DNA of 64,000 nt, taken from NCBI GenBank assembly GCA_004431415.1, contig QPMI01000015.1, positions 434,001-498,000 of the forward strand, written 5' to 3'. Under the pieces are notes generated by a model that saw only the letters and a list, made by a program, of their open reading frames with translations, was not told where the DNA came from and searched no databases. A program made the translations under genes and the position numbers. Origin of the DNA: Cyanophora paradoxa CCMP329. Taxonomy: Eukaryota; Plantae; Glaucophyta. Each line of letters begins with the position of its first letter. The first letter of the stretch is position 1. Of the stretch, positions 25,301 to 36,500 are shown in pieces.

Positions 25301-28300
25301 CACTCCTGGGATGCCGTACTCACGACTCCAGCAACACGAGGTACCCCCAGCAGATCTAGAGCGATGAGACCTAGTCATTTTCCATTGCGCCTCTCGGACA
25401 CAAAAGCGCCGGCTGTGGCTGACCGCCATGTGGGTGCGAGCTTGAGGGCCCGGGGTTAATACTTGCGGCGGCTATAGCGGAGTACCTCGAAACCTTTATA
25501 GCAATCGTTTTCCTAGCAACTGTAAACCAACGATCAATGAAGTACACTTCCAGCTGTAGCAGAATATAAGAATATGATGAGGGACCACCTGCAGTAGGGC
25601 TGCAGCGAACCTCGGTGTATGCAAAGCGCCCGCGTTCCGTGCGAACAGAAATATTAAAGCTGCGACCGCGGCTGAAGGCCCGCGTGCTTTCTATCGTTGC
25701 GGAAATGTTCGGTCCGCGACCGCTGATCCAAGGAAATAGAATACCCCCTCCTGTGTTTACGGACGTTGCGTTTACTTCGAAAGAAAATGTCTGCCCTGCC
25801 ACGATGTTGATCGCTTGCGGAAGCTCGGAAACAATCGGAGCTGCGAGAGAAAGCTGATCAGCAAAGCTACGCGCACAACGATTTCACCCTTTGCCTACGC
25901 ACGTTCAAGGAGGCGATGAAATAAAATTGTGAAATTCTGAGGAGCGAACATCCTGTCGATCTTGAATCCTGATGTGGTTGCTTCAAGCGTTGGAAGCTGA
26001 AACCGCCCCTTAAGAAACTGTAATACACGTTGCAAAGCGCTGAGAACCACATTGCAAACAGCATGAACCGCTGTGCTGATAGCATACTGCAAGACATCGC
26101 TACTGGACGATTTTCCAGTACACATTCCGAATTCGAAGAGGTAGTCGTTGAAGCCCGCACTGAAGTTTAGATCAATCTTGCCAAAGTTCGAAACGCTTTA
26201 GAAAGAAGCAACCTCGTGATAATGAAAAGGAAGACACACCATGAGATCTCGTGCAACGTCTCGTTTGACTTCCGCCTCGAGACGTAATACCACTGGATAA
26301 TACTCGAACTGAATGTAAAGGAGAGGCGGAAGTGACAATGTCAAGACTGGACTGATGAACCCATGTGTGAGTGTTCGAATTGCAAAACTTCAACTGCCGT
26401 CATGAATCTAAAGTCGCTTACCCCAACCGAATATCTAAAGTCGCCTCGGAAATATCTGTTAAGTTGCTCATTTGAACATCCCTCTCAGTGATCCGAGGAC
26501 GTTCTGTTATGTTGCTCAATCGCATTTTGTCACGATCTTCGAGAGTGGAGTCGAAGTATACGCATCTGGGCCGCCGGTCATAAAAACTGTGCATCGGGCG
26601 GAGCAAATCGATCGCGCACTGGAACGCATGAGCTTCGAAAGTTGTACTTGAATTATAACGAAACGGGGCATTCAGAGCGAAGGTAAAATCAAGATTCAGA
26701 TCCGCACTGAAGTCCACATTGAATTCAATTGAGCTGCCAGCAGGTCCTAGAGAGAAAGCCCTTCCTTTGAAGAAAGCATTGAAGGTGTCAAACATCCTTT
26801 TAATCGGATTGATATATTTGGTTAGTGGAACCTGAAGTGGGATTTGGTTGGTGAGTAATAATTATGAAAGCATGATAATTATAATGATGACTTTTCAAGA
26901 AGTAGTGATATATAATTATGACGAGGGCACAATGAATTCAAACACTATTTCACCGTAACTCTGAAGGATTGAGCAACGAAGTCATAACTGACGATAAGGT
27001 TCCAATGAATTCCGATACCAGCCGTCACGTTCACATCGGGAGTCCATGAGAGAAAACGCGGAAAACTCCAGGAAATGTCGAAAATGCAGTACGGCGTAAG
27101 CCGCGATTCACCTGAATTATTGTGGATAATACGTTTGGAGAGCATGCTTATTCCTATTTGAGTTCACTTACTCGACGCTGAAAGATCAATGCCTTCCACA
27201 TCTCCGTATTGTGCTGCCATATACACAAAGCCTCAGCAAATTAGAGAACTGCAGCCTCGAAACCTCGAAAAAGCACGGGAGCAGCGAACTTCTTTCGGCT
27301 GCAGGAATTGTGAAGAGCGTTTTTGAGTTTTTCCACACAAACTCTTGCCCGAGCTGCACAGAGGCCAAACTGCGAGCGCCAGATGTGCTCGAGTTCATCC
27401 GGGAGCGGGCCTTAGGTCGCCGGTATGCAGCGGTTAGCGGGTCATCGAATATTTGCACCCGTCCAGCTTGAAAGAACTCCTGGGCAGGAAATTAGTGTTG
27501 TTTCTCAGCAGTTGCATTTGATATCAATTCGAATCGGGGGCACAAACCGCAAATAGGGCTACTGAGAACTCTGCTTCAAAGAACCCCGTGCCACGAGTGG
27601 AATTTACAGAGCTGCCGGCTGCGGGAAACGTTGCCGAAGAGAGTCGAAGTTCGCTGGTCAGGCGACAGTTCAACGCATTCAACGAAGCTGCTCTGCATGA
27701 GGCCCTGACGTCCGATCTTCTTGCGCGTGCTAGAGGAATGGCCATAAGAACGCCTTTGCGCAGGCCTAGCGAGTGCAGCTCTGCAACGCCGACATCTGCT
27801 GGCCCTTGAAGCTGCAAGCGGGAGCCCTGGCAAGCCGTCAACCAAATTCCGGCAGCCTCCAGATCTTCCCTCCAGAAGATCCCTTTGTTGCGAGGTCGAG
27901 GCTGGACTGCATACCGGAAAATCGTAGTCGTCTCGCGATCGCGCTGCCATGACCCCCGAGTTCGCATGCTCGGTTCGGCATCCACAGTGTGGCTGTACTC
28001 ATTGACAAACCAGGGCCGAGAATTTCCATAATCATGGTTGGACTTGGTATGGCGGTCAATATGGTTAGCCCCTAGGCCTGCAGCTGCGAGAACTAGTCAA
28101 TAAGCTACTGGCAACGCTTATAACGCAAATGATTAACAGCGTACGCGTCCTCACCTTGGTCGGAGTCGACATCGAAGGGATGAGCGCGGATTCGCTTGGA
28201 CCCGCGCCGGTGCTTGTGCCCATGGTCGAACTTGCCGTCGGGCTGTCCGTCTCCCTCCAACTGCAACTCTCTGCGCTGGGCCCACTGCTCATGGAACTCC

Positions 28301-28623
28301 TCGGCCGCCTCCTGTCGCTCTCTGAGGGTCGGGCGGAGCCTTGCAAAGGCGGGAAGCTGCTCTGGCTCCCTCCAGCCCGCATCGGCGGCATGAAATGGTC
28401 GCGGTCGCGGCCGATCAGCTCGAGGCCCCGATTGCGAGCTCGAGCCTGTATGATCGTATTCGCTCGTGGGCCCTTGGCCGGCATGGTATACGCGATCGTT
28501 TCCGTTCTCTGCGTGTGCTCCGCCAGTGATCATGAACGGAAGCGCGCACAGACAAATCTGCACGCAGATGACGACGATCCGATTACGTCTACGTATACGT
28601 ATACATTTTCGTAGACGCTGCAT
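19390..28623 (-). CDS. Large type-I membrane protein with two CUB domains, IPT/TIG-like and other beta domains, a Pro-rich stalk, one TM helix and a disordered cytoplasmic tail
   Basis: N-terminal hydrophobic signal (IVVICVQICLCALPFMITGGAHA). CUB1 YAPNQRVCWRL...FSTEYGYDALVAYDG...LLKFVSDESHELQGF (~24940-25310). CUB2 RVCWILC...FQLETGKDWMTVYDG (~24380-24800). IPT-like TGGQLVTVYGVNL (~22400). PTPSP stalk (~21450-21800). TM AAIVGSVCGVAIAGLALLAAALLVYKKK (~20720-20800). Confidence 0.8.
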
Positions 28624-29054
28624 CGCTGCATGCGCACAAATGCCTGCGTATGCGGATCGTTGAACCCGCTCCCAGATGCTACTATGTACGTATACTAGCT
28701 ACGTATACGGTATACGTATACGTATATGTTTGAACCTTGAATACGCTTTGCGCCTCGGGCGATCGACAGATCTAGAGTGCGTACTTCCGAACTTCGGAAG
28801 TTCGAATTCACAGTCGATTTATACCGTAGTACTAAATGAAGCTTAAGCTTGCGCGCGCAGCCTCTATATAGCTTAGCTTAAGGCCCTGAGGCTATACTAG
28901 TCACACTGAGTAGCTCGGTGAAGCTACTACTACCGTACTAGGCTACGTATACTGCAGGGCCAGTGCAGGCTGCAGCTCGGAGTCGGAGCCTCGGACCGAC
29001 AGCCAGCTCAGCGGCTCGCAGTCTTTAAAGCTAAGTCGCAGATTATCATATATA

Positions 29055-29278
29055 ATACTACCGTGTAATACTTAATTACCGCGCTGACATAACTACTGCG
29101 CTACGATATTACTGCGCTCAAAATTTTTAGAACGCAGTAATTTGGTGGCGCAGTATTACCCCCGGGGCCCTTTGCTAACAAATAATACATTTTCGAGGCC
29201 GATGGAACGCAGTAATTTGGCAGAATTCTTAGAACGCAGTAATTTGTGGCGCAGTAAATAAGTATTACACGGTAGTAT
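29055..29278. mobile_element. MITE (~224 bp) with a 20-bp perfect TIR (30 bp with 2 mismatches)
   Basis: ATACTACCGTGTAATACTTA (29055-29074) is the exact reverse complement of TAAGTATTACACGGTAGTAT (29259-29278). Inward-facing subterminal TACTGCG/CGCAGTA motifs. No ORF. Confidence 0.8.
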
Positions 29279-29583
29279 GGCGCGGCCTAATGGCCGCGGT
29301 TCCGTTACTAAGTTACTTTCGAGTTCCGTACAACTAGTATTGCCGCTGCCACTAGTTGTACGGTGCCACGGTGCCAAGTTACACTGCCAACTAGGCTGAG
29401 TGCTACGGTGCCACTCTAGCCGCTGATCATGAGCGCTAGCCTAGTAGCGCGTACGCGTACCAGTACACTAGTACTGGCCGCCGGTGGCCAGCGCCCCGGC
29501 ATCATGGGATTCATGGCATGCCAGGCATGCGCATGCGCAGCGTGGGCTGGCGCCGCAGCCTGGCGGCCGACGTAATTTGGTAC

Positions 29584-30432
29584 CGCGGTAATTAATAAGT
29601 GGGCGCGGTATTATAGTATACGTACTAGTACTAGTGCCACACGGTACTACGTGACGGCGATCGCGAGCTCGCATGACTCGGGCATGACGTCGACTCGCGG
29701 CATGACGCATACATATGCCTGTGGACAAAGTTTGATTGGGCGCCGGCGATTCCTCGCGATTTGATCCGTCACGTCACGAGTCATGCTTCCGACTCATGCA
29801 TGGATCACGTGCACTGCGCATGCGGCACGGCGTCGATCCGATATCGATTTGTTCGGGCCGGGCAACTTCAGAGCCAAACACATGCATATTCAAAATGATT
29901 TATATACTATGATATTAGATATAGGCTATAGCTTGCAGACGCGAGGAACTAGGCTTCAACTAGCTAGCTATCGCCCGATCGCCCGCCGAGTTCGCGATCG
30001 CGCGACATCGAATATTCTATTAATCGTAACTATTATCGATCGCCTGAGCTCGAGATCTCGTCGTCATCGATATTTCGAATCGGATTCTCGATCGATTGAT
30101 TTTGCGATTCGCGAATGCGATCTCGATATGAATAATGAATCAATCGGGCCCGATCTCGAATTAATCGAGATCGAGATCTTGAGGGAGCTCAGGCGGTATG
30201 CATATGCGTTGTGTTCGGCAAATCGCGGGGAATACGTATACGTACAGATTCGCATGAGATCTCGCGAATCGCGATCGAGATCTGGGCCGGGCCCCTTTAA
30301 TTTCTGTCATGAGAGATTAAAGCTATCTATTGGATTTATATAATATTTGCCATTTGTTTTCCGCGCCGCGGGACTCCGGGATCGATTTCATGATCAGGTT
30401 CTGATCATGAGAGACTACGGTGGGGCGAACCG
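29584..30432. repeat. Direct repeat copy 1 (849 bp)
   Basis: Matches 32277-33127 except for about 2 substitutions and 2 small indels seen by eye. Confidence 0.95.
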
Positions 30433-31526
30433 TTTCAGTAAATGAATTCGCACACACCGAGACAAATGGCTATAGATGTAACTGAGGTGTCCATCTGTGT
30501 CAAGTCGAGAGATGAGCCTACGGGACTAAGCCTTTCGGACATCGGACCGGGTGGAGCTCGGATGTGGAAGTAACTGGAGATGCTACCCCGGGGACTAAGT
30601 CTAGAGCTGCAGCACAGGAAAGATCCTACGTATACGCGGGAAAGGGAGTGACTACCCAGGGACGAGAATAGAAATCAGAGGTGGGCAGCGAAGTGAGCTG
30701 CAGCTGTAGCTAGCGCTATGCCTAGTAAGCTAGGGCCTCCGAGAAGGCGCACTATAATCTAAACCTCTCTGTACACGCTAGAGTACGGCCCGCCGTGTCG
30801 TCGGCACGGCGGATCGGGTCGGGGGCTCGCTCGTCCGAGAGCAAGCCTGGTGGAGCCGCCGGGCTCAGGGCATCCGGGAAGGTTGGTCGGGGGTAAGGGG
30901 GACGGGGGCAGGGAGGAGGGCACGGCATGGGGCGACGTTGGGCGGTGGGACAGGACGGGGGAGGACCGGGTCGGGCAGCCGCGGTCGGGAGAAGGGAGGC
31001 TCCAGTGGCGCGTTCCGCCGGGCTTCCAGCCGCCCGCCGACCGCCTCCCCCCCGCCGCGGGCAATGACGAGCCCCTCCGCGGCGGTCCGACCGCCCCGGC
31101 CTGGCGCGTGGCCGGGGCAGGCGCCGGTGGGTTCAGCGGCCGACCGACGACCTTCCACCTGGCAGCTCGCACCACCGTCCCCTCCCTGGGGTAGCGGGAG
31201 ATCAGCAGAACGGTGAGGGCGGAGAGGGGTGGGGGGAGGGGCCGTGGGGAAGGGCGACTGGGGCAACGGGCGAGAGAGGGCAGGGGGGGAAAGAGCAGCG
31301 GTGGCGGCGGGAGGCGAGCGTGTCGGCGGTAGCGAGAGAGGTGTGGAGGCGCAGGTCGCGCAGGCGACGGCGGGTCGGCGGCGGGCGCGAGGGCCCAGCG
31401 AGCGGCCGTAGGTGATCATGATAGGTTGAGAGTGAGGTCGTCAGTGGGCGTAGTGATGGAGTCTCCGTGTCTCCGCGTCTCCTCCAGTGGTAGCCCCCCC
31501 CCCCCCCCCCCCCCTACGAGGGTAGG

Positions 31527-32275
31527 TTAATCGTCCGGGGGGGGCAGGCTCCAGGGGCGGACCTTGGTGCTGTCGTAGAGTTCTTGGGCTTGAAGCACTG
31601 CCTTCCATCCTCGGTATTCCGGCGGGCAGTCAGCGTTCTGGGCTGCGCGGAGTTCGTTATGGAGGTGCAGGGGCCCGTCGCAGGCGGGGCAGTATTCTAT
31701 CGGGGCACGAGGGCCGCGGGCGCGCTCTTTAGCTCTAGCCCCTGTGCGGCGCGGGCGCGGGCGGCGTTTGGAGGCCTGGGAGATGCGACAGTCCTGCTCC
31801 CATGCGGCGTTGATTGCACACCTGTCAGACCAGAGCCGACGCGCGCGTTCTATTAGCATCTGGCGCACGCGCTTAGCCGTGCGGGGTGCGCGGCGCGGGT
31901 CGAGGTCGAGCCGACGGATCAGGTCGCTTTCGAGCGATGTAGGAGCGACGCCCTGGAGTACCCAGAGCCGCGGGAAGACGGTCGGGTCGTCGTCGAGTCT
32001 GCGCGCTGCGGCGTCATCGTCAGCTACGCGTAGGTAGGCGGGCACAAGACCGGAAGCGAGCGCCAGCGTGGGATCGACGTTTTTGGGCTGGGGGCCGTGA
32101 GCCTCGCGGTGGACGCGCCGCAGGAAGCGATTCAGCTCACGGGCGGTCTCCGCGCGGTGCGCCACTGCATGGGGCCCCGGGCACAGGAAGACGTGCGTGT
32201 ATGTCTCTGCTGGGCCCGCGGTGAGAGCTGTGGGGGCCGCGCGCTGTCGGCTAGGGCCGGCTTGCACGAGCTGCA
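31527..32275 (-). pseudogene. C-terminal fragment of a LINE ORF2 (CCHC zinc knuckle region), frameshifted and 5'-truncated
   Basis: CSSC (one frame over) ... AETYTHVFLCP, and IERARRLWSDRCAINAAWE, resembling the ETxxH(x3-4)C and W-x-x-R-[CN] motifs at the end of L1/Tx1-type ORF2. No RT or endonuclease is present. A poly-C tract (31495-31514) lies just after the stop. Confidence 0.7.
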
Positions 32276-32276
32276 C

Positions 32277-33127
32277 CGCGGTAATTAATAAGTGGGCGCG
32301 GTATTATAGTATACGTACTAGTACTAGTGCCACACGGTACTACGTGACGGCCGCCGGGCGATCGCGAGCTCGCATGACTCGGGCATAACGTCGACTCGCG
32401 GCATGACGCATACATATGCCTGTGGACAAAGTTTGATTGGGCGCCGGCGATTCCTCGCGATTTGATCCGTCACGTCACGAGTCATGCTTCCGACTCATGC
32501 ATGGATCACGTGCACTGCGGCACGGCGTCGATCCGATATCGATTTGTTCGGGCCGGGCAACTTCAGAGCCAAACACATGCATATTCAAAATGATTTATAT
32601 ACTATGATATTAGATATAGGCTATAGCTTGCAGACGCGAGGAACTAGGCTTCAACTAGCTAGCTATCGCCCGATCGCCCGCCGAGTTCGCGATCGCGCGA
32701 CATCGAATATTCTATTAATCGTAACTATTATCGATCGCCTGAGCTCGAGATCTCGTCGTCATCGATATTTCGAATCGGATTCTCGATCGATTGATTTTGC
32801 GATTCGCGAATGCGATCTCGATATGAATAATGAATCAGTCGGGCCCGATCTCGAATTAATCGAGATCGAGATCTTGAGGGAGCTCAGGCGGTATGCATAT
32901 GCGTTGTGTTCGGCAAATCGCGGGGAATACGTATACGTACAGATTCGCATGAGATCTCGCGAATCGCGATCGAGATCTGGGCCGGGCCCCTTTAATTTCT
33001 GTCATGAGAGATTAAAGCTATCTATTGGATTTATATAATATTTGCCATTTGTTTTCCGCGCCGCGGGACTCCGGGATCGATTTCATGATCAGGTTCTGAT
33101 CATGAGAGACTACGGTGGGGCGAACCG
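32277..33127. repeat. Direct repeat copy 2 (851 bp)
   Basis: Matches 29584-30432. Confidence 0.95.
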
Positions 33128-33572
33128 GTACCCCAGGGCCCCGGCCCCTGCCCCGGCTATTTCGTACACGTAAACGTAAACGTAAACAGGCCCCTGGGGC
33201 CGGGTGTACTGTACGTCAACGTATTTTTCACGTTCTCACTTCTTATCATAGTATTCTTAGAGAGAAGCACAGGCCGAAAGGCCTGGACAGTTGGTTGGCA
33301 ACTTAAAGCTACCACAGTATAGCTAGCGCTAATCATAGATCATTGATCTTGAGTCACGTTGAGAGCAAGCTTTAGAGCTCATGATCATCATAAAATACTG
33401 ATCTTGAGTCACCTTCAAGGCTTTTCAGAGCACCTTTTTTGCTACCGATCAATTTAGATATTTCGAATTGACGAACTGTGAGAAAATTCGATGTAACTGA
33501 GTACTAATTGCGCGTCAAACGTAGTTCTCACGATTTCAGAAACGGAGGGAGGGAGGAGGGGTCACAGTGTGG

Positions 33573-36500
33573 TTAGGGGAGGCGCGTAAGGGCTGCGCGA
33601 CATGCGGCTGCGCAGGCGCGGGCCGAGGCGACGAGCCAGGGCCCCTCGGCCCCCTCCTCGCCGGCCGCCGCCCCCGCCTCGAGGGCGCGCCGCAGGAGGA
33701 AGGCGGCGGCGGCGGCGTCCCGGGCGGCGACGGGGCGCGGGCGGCCCGCAGGAGGAGCGACCCCGCGCAGGCGACCAGGCCGGCCGAGGCGAGAGCCGCC
33801 GCGTTCAGCGCCAGCCAGTGGCGCGGGTGGGCCCACTCGGGCGGGAAGGCCCGCAGCGAGGCCGGGTCGCGCGCGTGGGCGGCGGCGGCGGCGGCGCAGG
33901 CGGCGGCGAAGAGGGGCGGGCAGGGGGCGAGGCGGGGCAGCAGGCCCGCCCCAGCGCCGCGTCCACCACCGCCGCCTCCAGTGCGGCGTCGCCGCCGCCG
34001 CCGTACGCCGCGGCGAGGGCGGCGAGGGCGTCGCCGGCGGCCGCCGCGTCGGGCGAGACGGCGCCGAAGTAGCCCGCGGCGAGGGCCGAGGCGGCGCGCA
34101 GCGGGGCGGACACGGCGGCCTCCTCCTCGGGGGCGAGGGCAGAGCGGGCGCCGCGGTCGCGCAGGGCGAGCACGCGGCGCCAGTCGCCGGCCCCGCGAGC
34201 CCCGCCAGCGCCGCCGCCCAGCACCCGTGCAGCGGACTGGGCCCGGACGAAGACGCCTCGGGCTCCCAAAGGTCGAGGAGCGAGGCGAGGGCCGCCCAGT
34301 GCTCGGCTCCGGCGCCTCCACCGGCGCCGCCCGCCGCCGCCGCCGCGCAGCGCTCGAAGAGCGCTCGGCGGCCCTCCGCCGTCGTCGCCTCCCCGGGCGC
34401 CACCTGCGGCCCTCTAAGAACGCAAGTGCGAGGGAAAGCGAGGGGGGTACCGGCACGGAGGGGAAGGCGCGGGCGACGGCGGCGCGCGTGCGCAGCTCGA
34501 GGGCCGCCGCCGCGTCGTCATCGCCGCCGCCGCCCTGAGCCGAGCCGCCGGGGGCGCCGGCGGCGGAGGCTGCGGCTCCGGCGCCGGCGCCGGCCCAGCG
34601 CGCGGAGTGGCGAGCGAGGGACTGGAGCAGGTCGGCCCGCAGCTCCGCCCCCTCCAGATCGGGCGCCGGCGACGCGGCGAAGGCGCGGACGGCCTTGGCC
34701 AGCGCCGCCTGCAGCGCCGCCCGCTCCGCCCGCTCCGCCGCCTGCAGAAAAGAGCACCACCGAGTCAGCTTAGTAAGAAGATAGGGGGAGAAGGGAGCAC
34801 CGCGGCGGCATCGTCCAGCTCCTCCTCCTCCGCTTCGGAGAGGGGCGCGGCGGCCGCCAGGGCCGCCTCCACGCCCCCCGCGAGCCTGCGGCCGCCGCCT
34901 CCGCCGCCGCCGCCGCGCAGAGCTCCGGCAGGCCGCCCGCCGGCGCCGCCGAAGGGAAGAGCGCCGCCGCGGCACGGAGGAGGGCGCGCAGGGCCCGCGG
35001 GGCCGCCCCGCCCGCGCCGCCTCGCGCAGGGCCGCGCCGCAGGCCGCGGCGCCATCGGGGCCCCGGGGCGACGGCGGCCCGCAGGCGGGCGGCCACCGCG
35101 AGGGCCGCAGCCGCGCCGGCCGCCGGCACCGCCGCCGGCAGCTCGGCCGCCGCGGCCGCGAGCAGAGCGACGCCCTTCCTTGCCCGCTCCACGCGCCCCG
35201 CGGGGCCCGCAGCTGCCGTCTGAGCCGCCTGAGCCGCCGGCGCCGCCGCCTCGGCCTTGGACTTGCCCTTGCCCTTCCCTTTGGCGGGGGCCGCCGCCTC
35301 GGCGCCCTCCTCAGTGGGGGCGCCGGCGGCGGCCGCGGCGCGCGAGAGGCGCGTCAGCACAGCCTGCGCGGCGCCCGTCAGAGCTCAGATTTGATCTGAT
35401 CCGATCTGATCTGATCTGAGCGCCGCACCTGAGCCGAGTCGAGGTCGAGGCAGCCGCCGGGGACCGCCCCGAGGATACCCAGGTCCACCCGCGCCTCGCC
35501 CGCCACCTGGAGGGGGGTACAGTCAGTGAAGGCGAACGAGTGGGGGGAAGGAGTCGAGGGGGGGTACTGCACGCACGAGCTCCGCGAGGGCGGCGGCGTC
35601 TTCGGGCGCGAGCTTCTCTCCGAACCGCGCCGCGAGCTCCTCCCTGCGAACGAAGTGGGGTTAAAAAAAGGGGGGGGGGGGCAGGGGGGGGGGGTGAGGG
35701 GGGGAGGGGGGGAACAGACACGCGGGCCGGGGCGGGCGGCGGGTCGGAGCGCGTCAGGAGGCGGGCCAGGTACGCCCCGAAGACCTGCCGAAGACCCCGG
35801 GTTCGGGTTCGAAACCGGCGGGGGAGACATCATAACGGGCGGGGCGGACCGCCGACTGCGCCTCGGAGGCCGATCGCGAGGCGAAGGGGCCCATGCTGCG
35901 GCGGGATGAGATCCGGGGGGTACATGATGTTCAGAGAGGGGGGTACCGCGGCAGGAACTTTGCGAGCATTCCAACTGTGCCGTCGCTGGCGGCGGCGGCG
36001 GCGGCCTCCACGGCGGCCCGCCAGGCCGCCTCCGGGCTGGGCGCCGGGGGCGGCGGGACCGCCTCCTCCTTCTCCTCGTCTGGGCCCGGGGCGGGGAGGG
36101 GGAGGGACGCAAGGGAGAGGGGTAGGCCCGCGAAGGCAGGGTAGTCGAGCGTGGGGGACCCCCGCGAGAGCTTCTCCAGGTGCTGTCTGGGGGGTAAGGA
36201 AATCTCTCCAGAATAGTTGTGGGGGGTACAAGGACCTCGAGGTGGGCGGCGAAGGCGGCGGCGTGGGGCGCGAGCGCCGGCGCAGCGGAGGCGGAGGCGG
36301 AGGCGGCGCGCAGGGCGTCGGCGAGGAGGCGGAGGGCGGCGCCGAGGCGGGCGTGGTCGGCCCCCGGCAGGGCCGGCAGCGCGCGGGCCGCCAGGCGCCG
36401 CGCCAGCGCCGCCGGCCGCTGCAGCAGCTCCCGCTCGCCTTCCGCAAGCGCAGCCTGCGGCGCGGGCGCTTCAGAGGGCTTCTTTTGAGTAAATTTAAGA

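Larger units (their letters stand above)
29584..33127 (-). mobile_element. Composite non-LTR retroelement insertion: 5'-truncated LINE-like fragment between two ~850-bp direct repeats, flanked by GTAC
   Basis: Direct repeats at 29584-30432 and 32277-33127. GTAC at 29580-29583 and 33128-33131. Internal minus-strand ORF2-like C-terminus. Confidence 0.75.

Noticed and set aside
30380-30440. Possible hammerhead ribozyme at the repeat end (CTGATCATGA...GAAA-like words)
   Set aside because: Does not fit the CUGAnGA...GAAA core with the required stems on either strand.
29783-33038. Duplicated 184-186-aa ORFs inside the 850-bp repeats
   Set aside because: No domain motifs, and the composition reflects palindrome-rich non-coding DNA; they are duplicated only because the repeat is.
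29584-33127. Canonical LTR retrotransposon or TRIM
   Set aside because: No TG...CA termini, PBS or polypurine tract, and the internal coding remnant is LINE-like rather than gag/pol.
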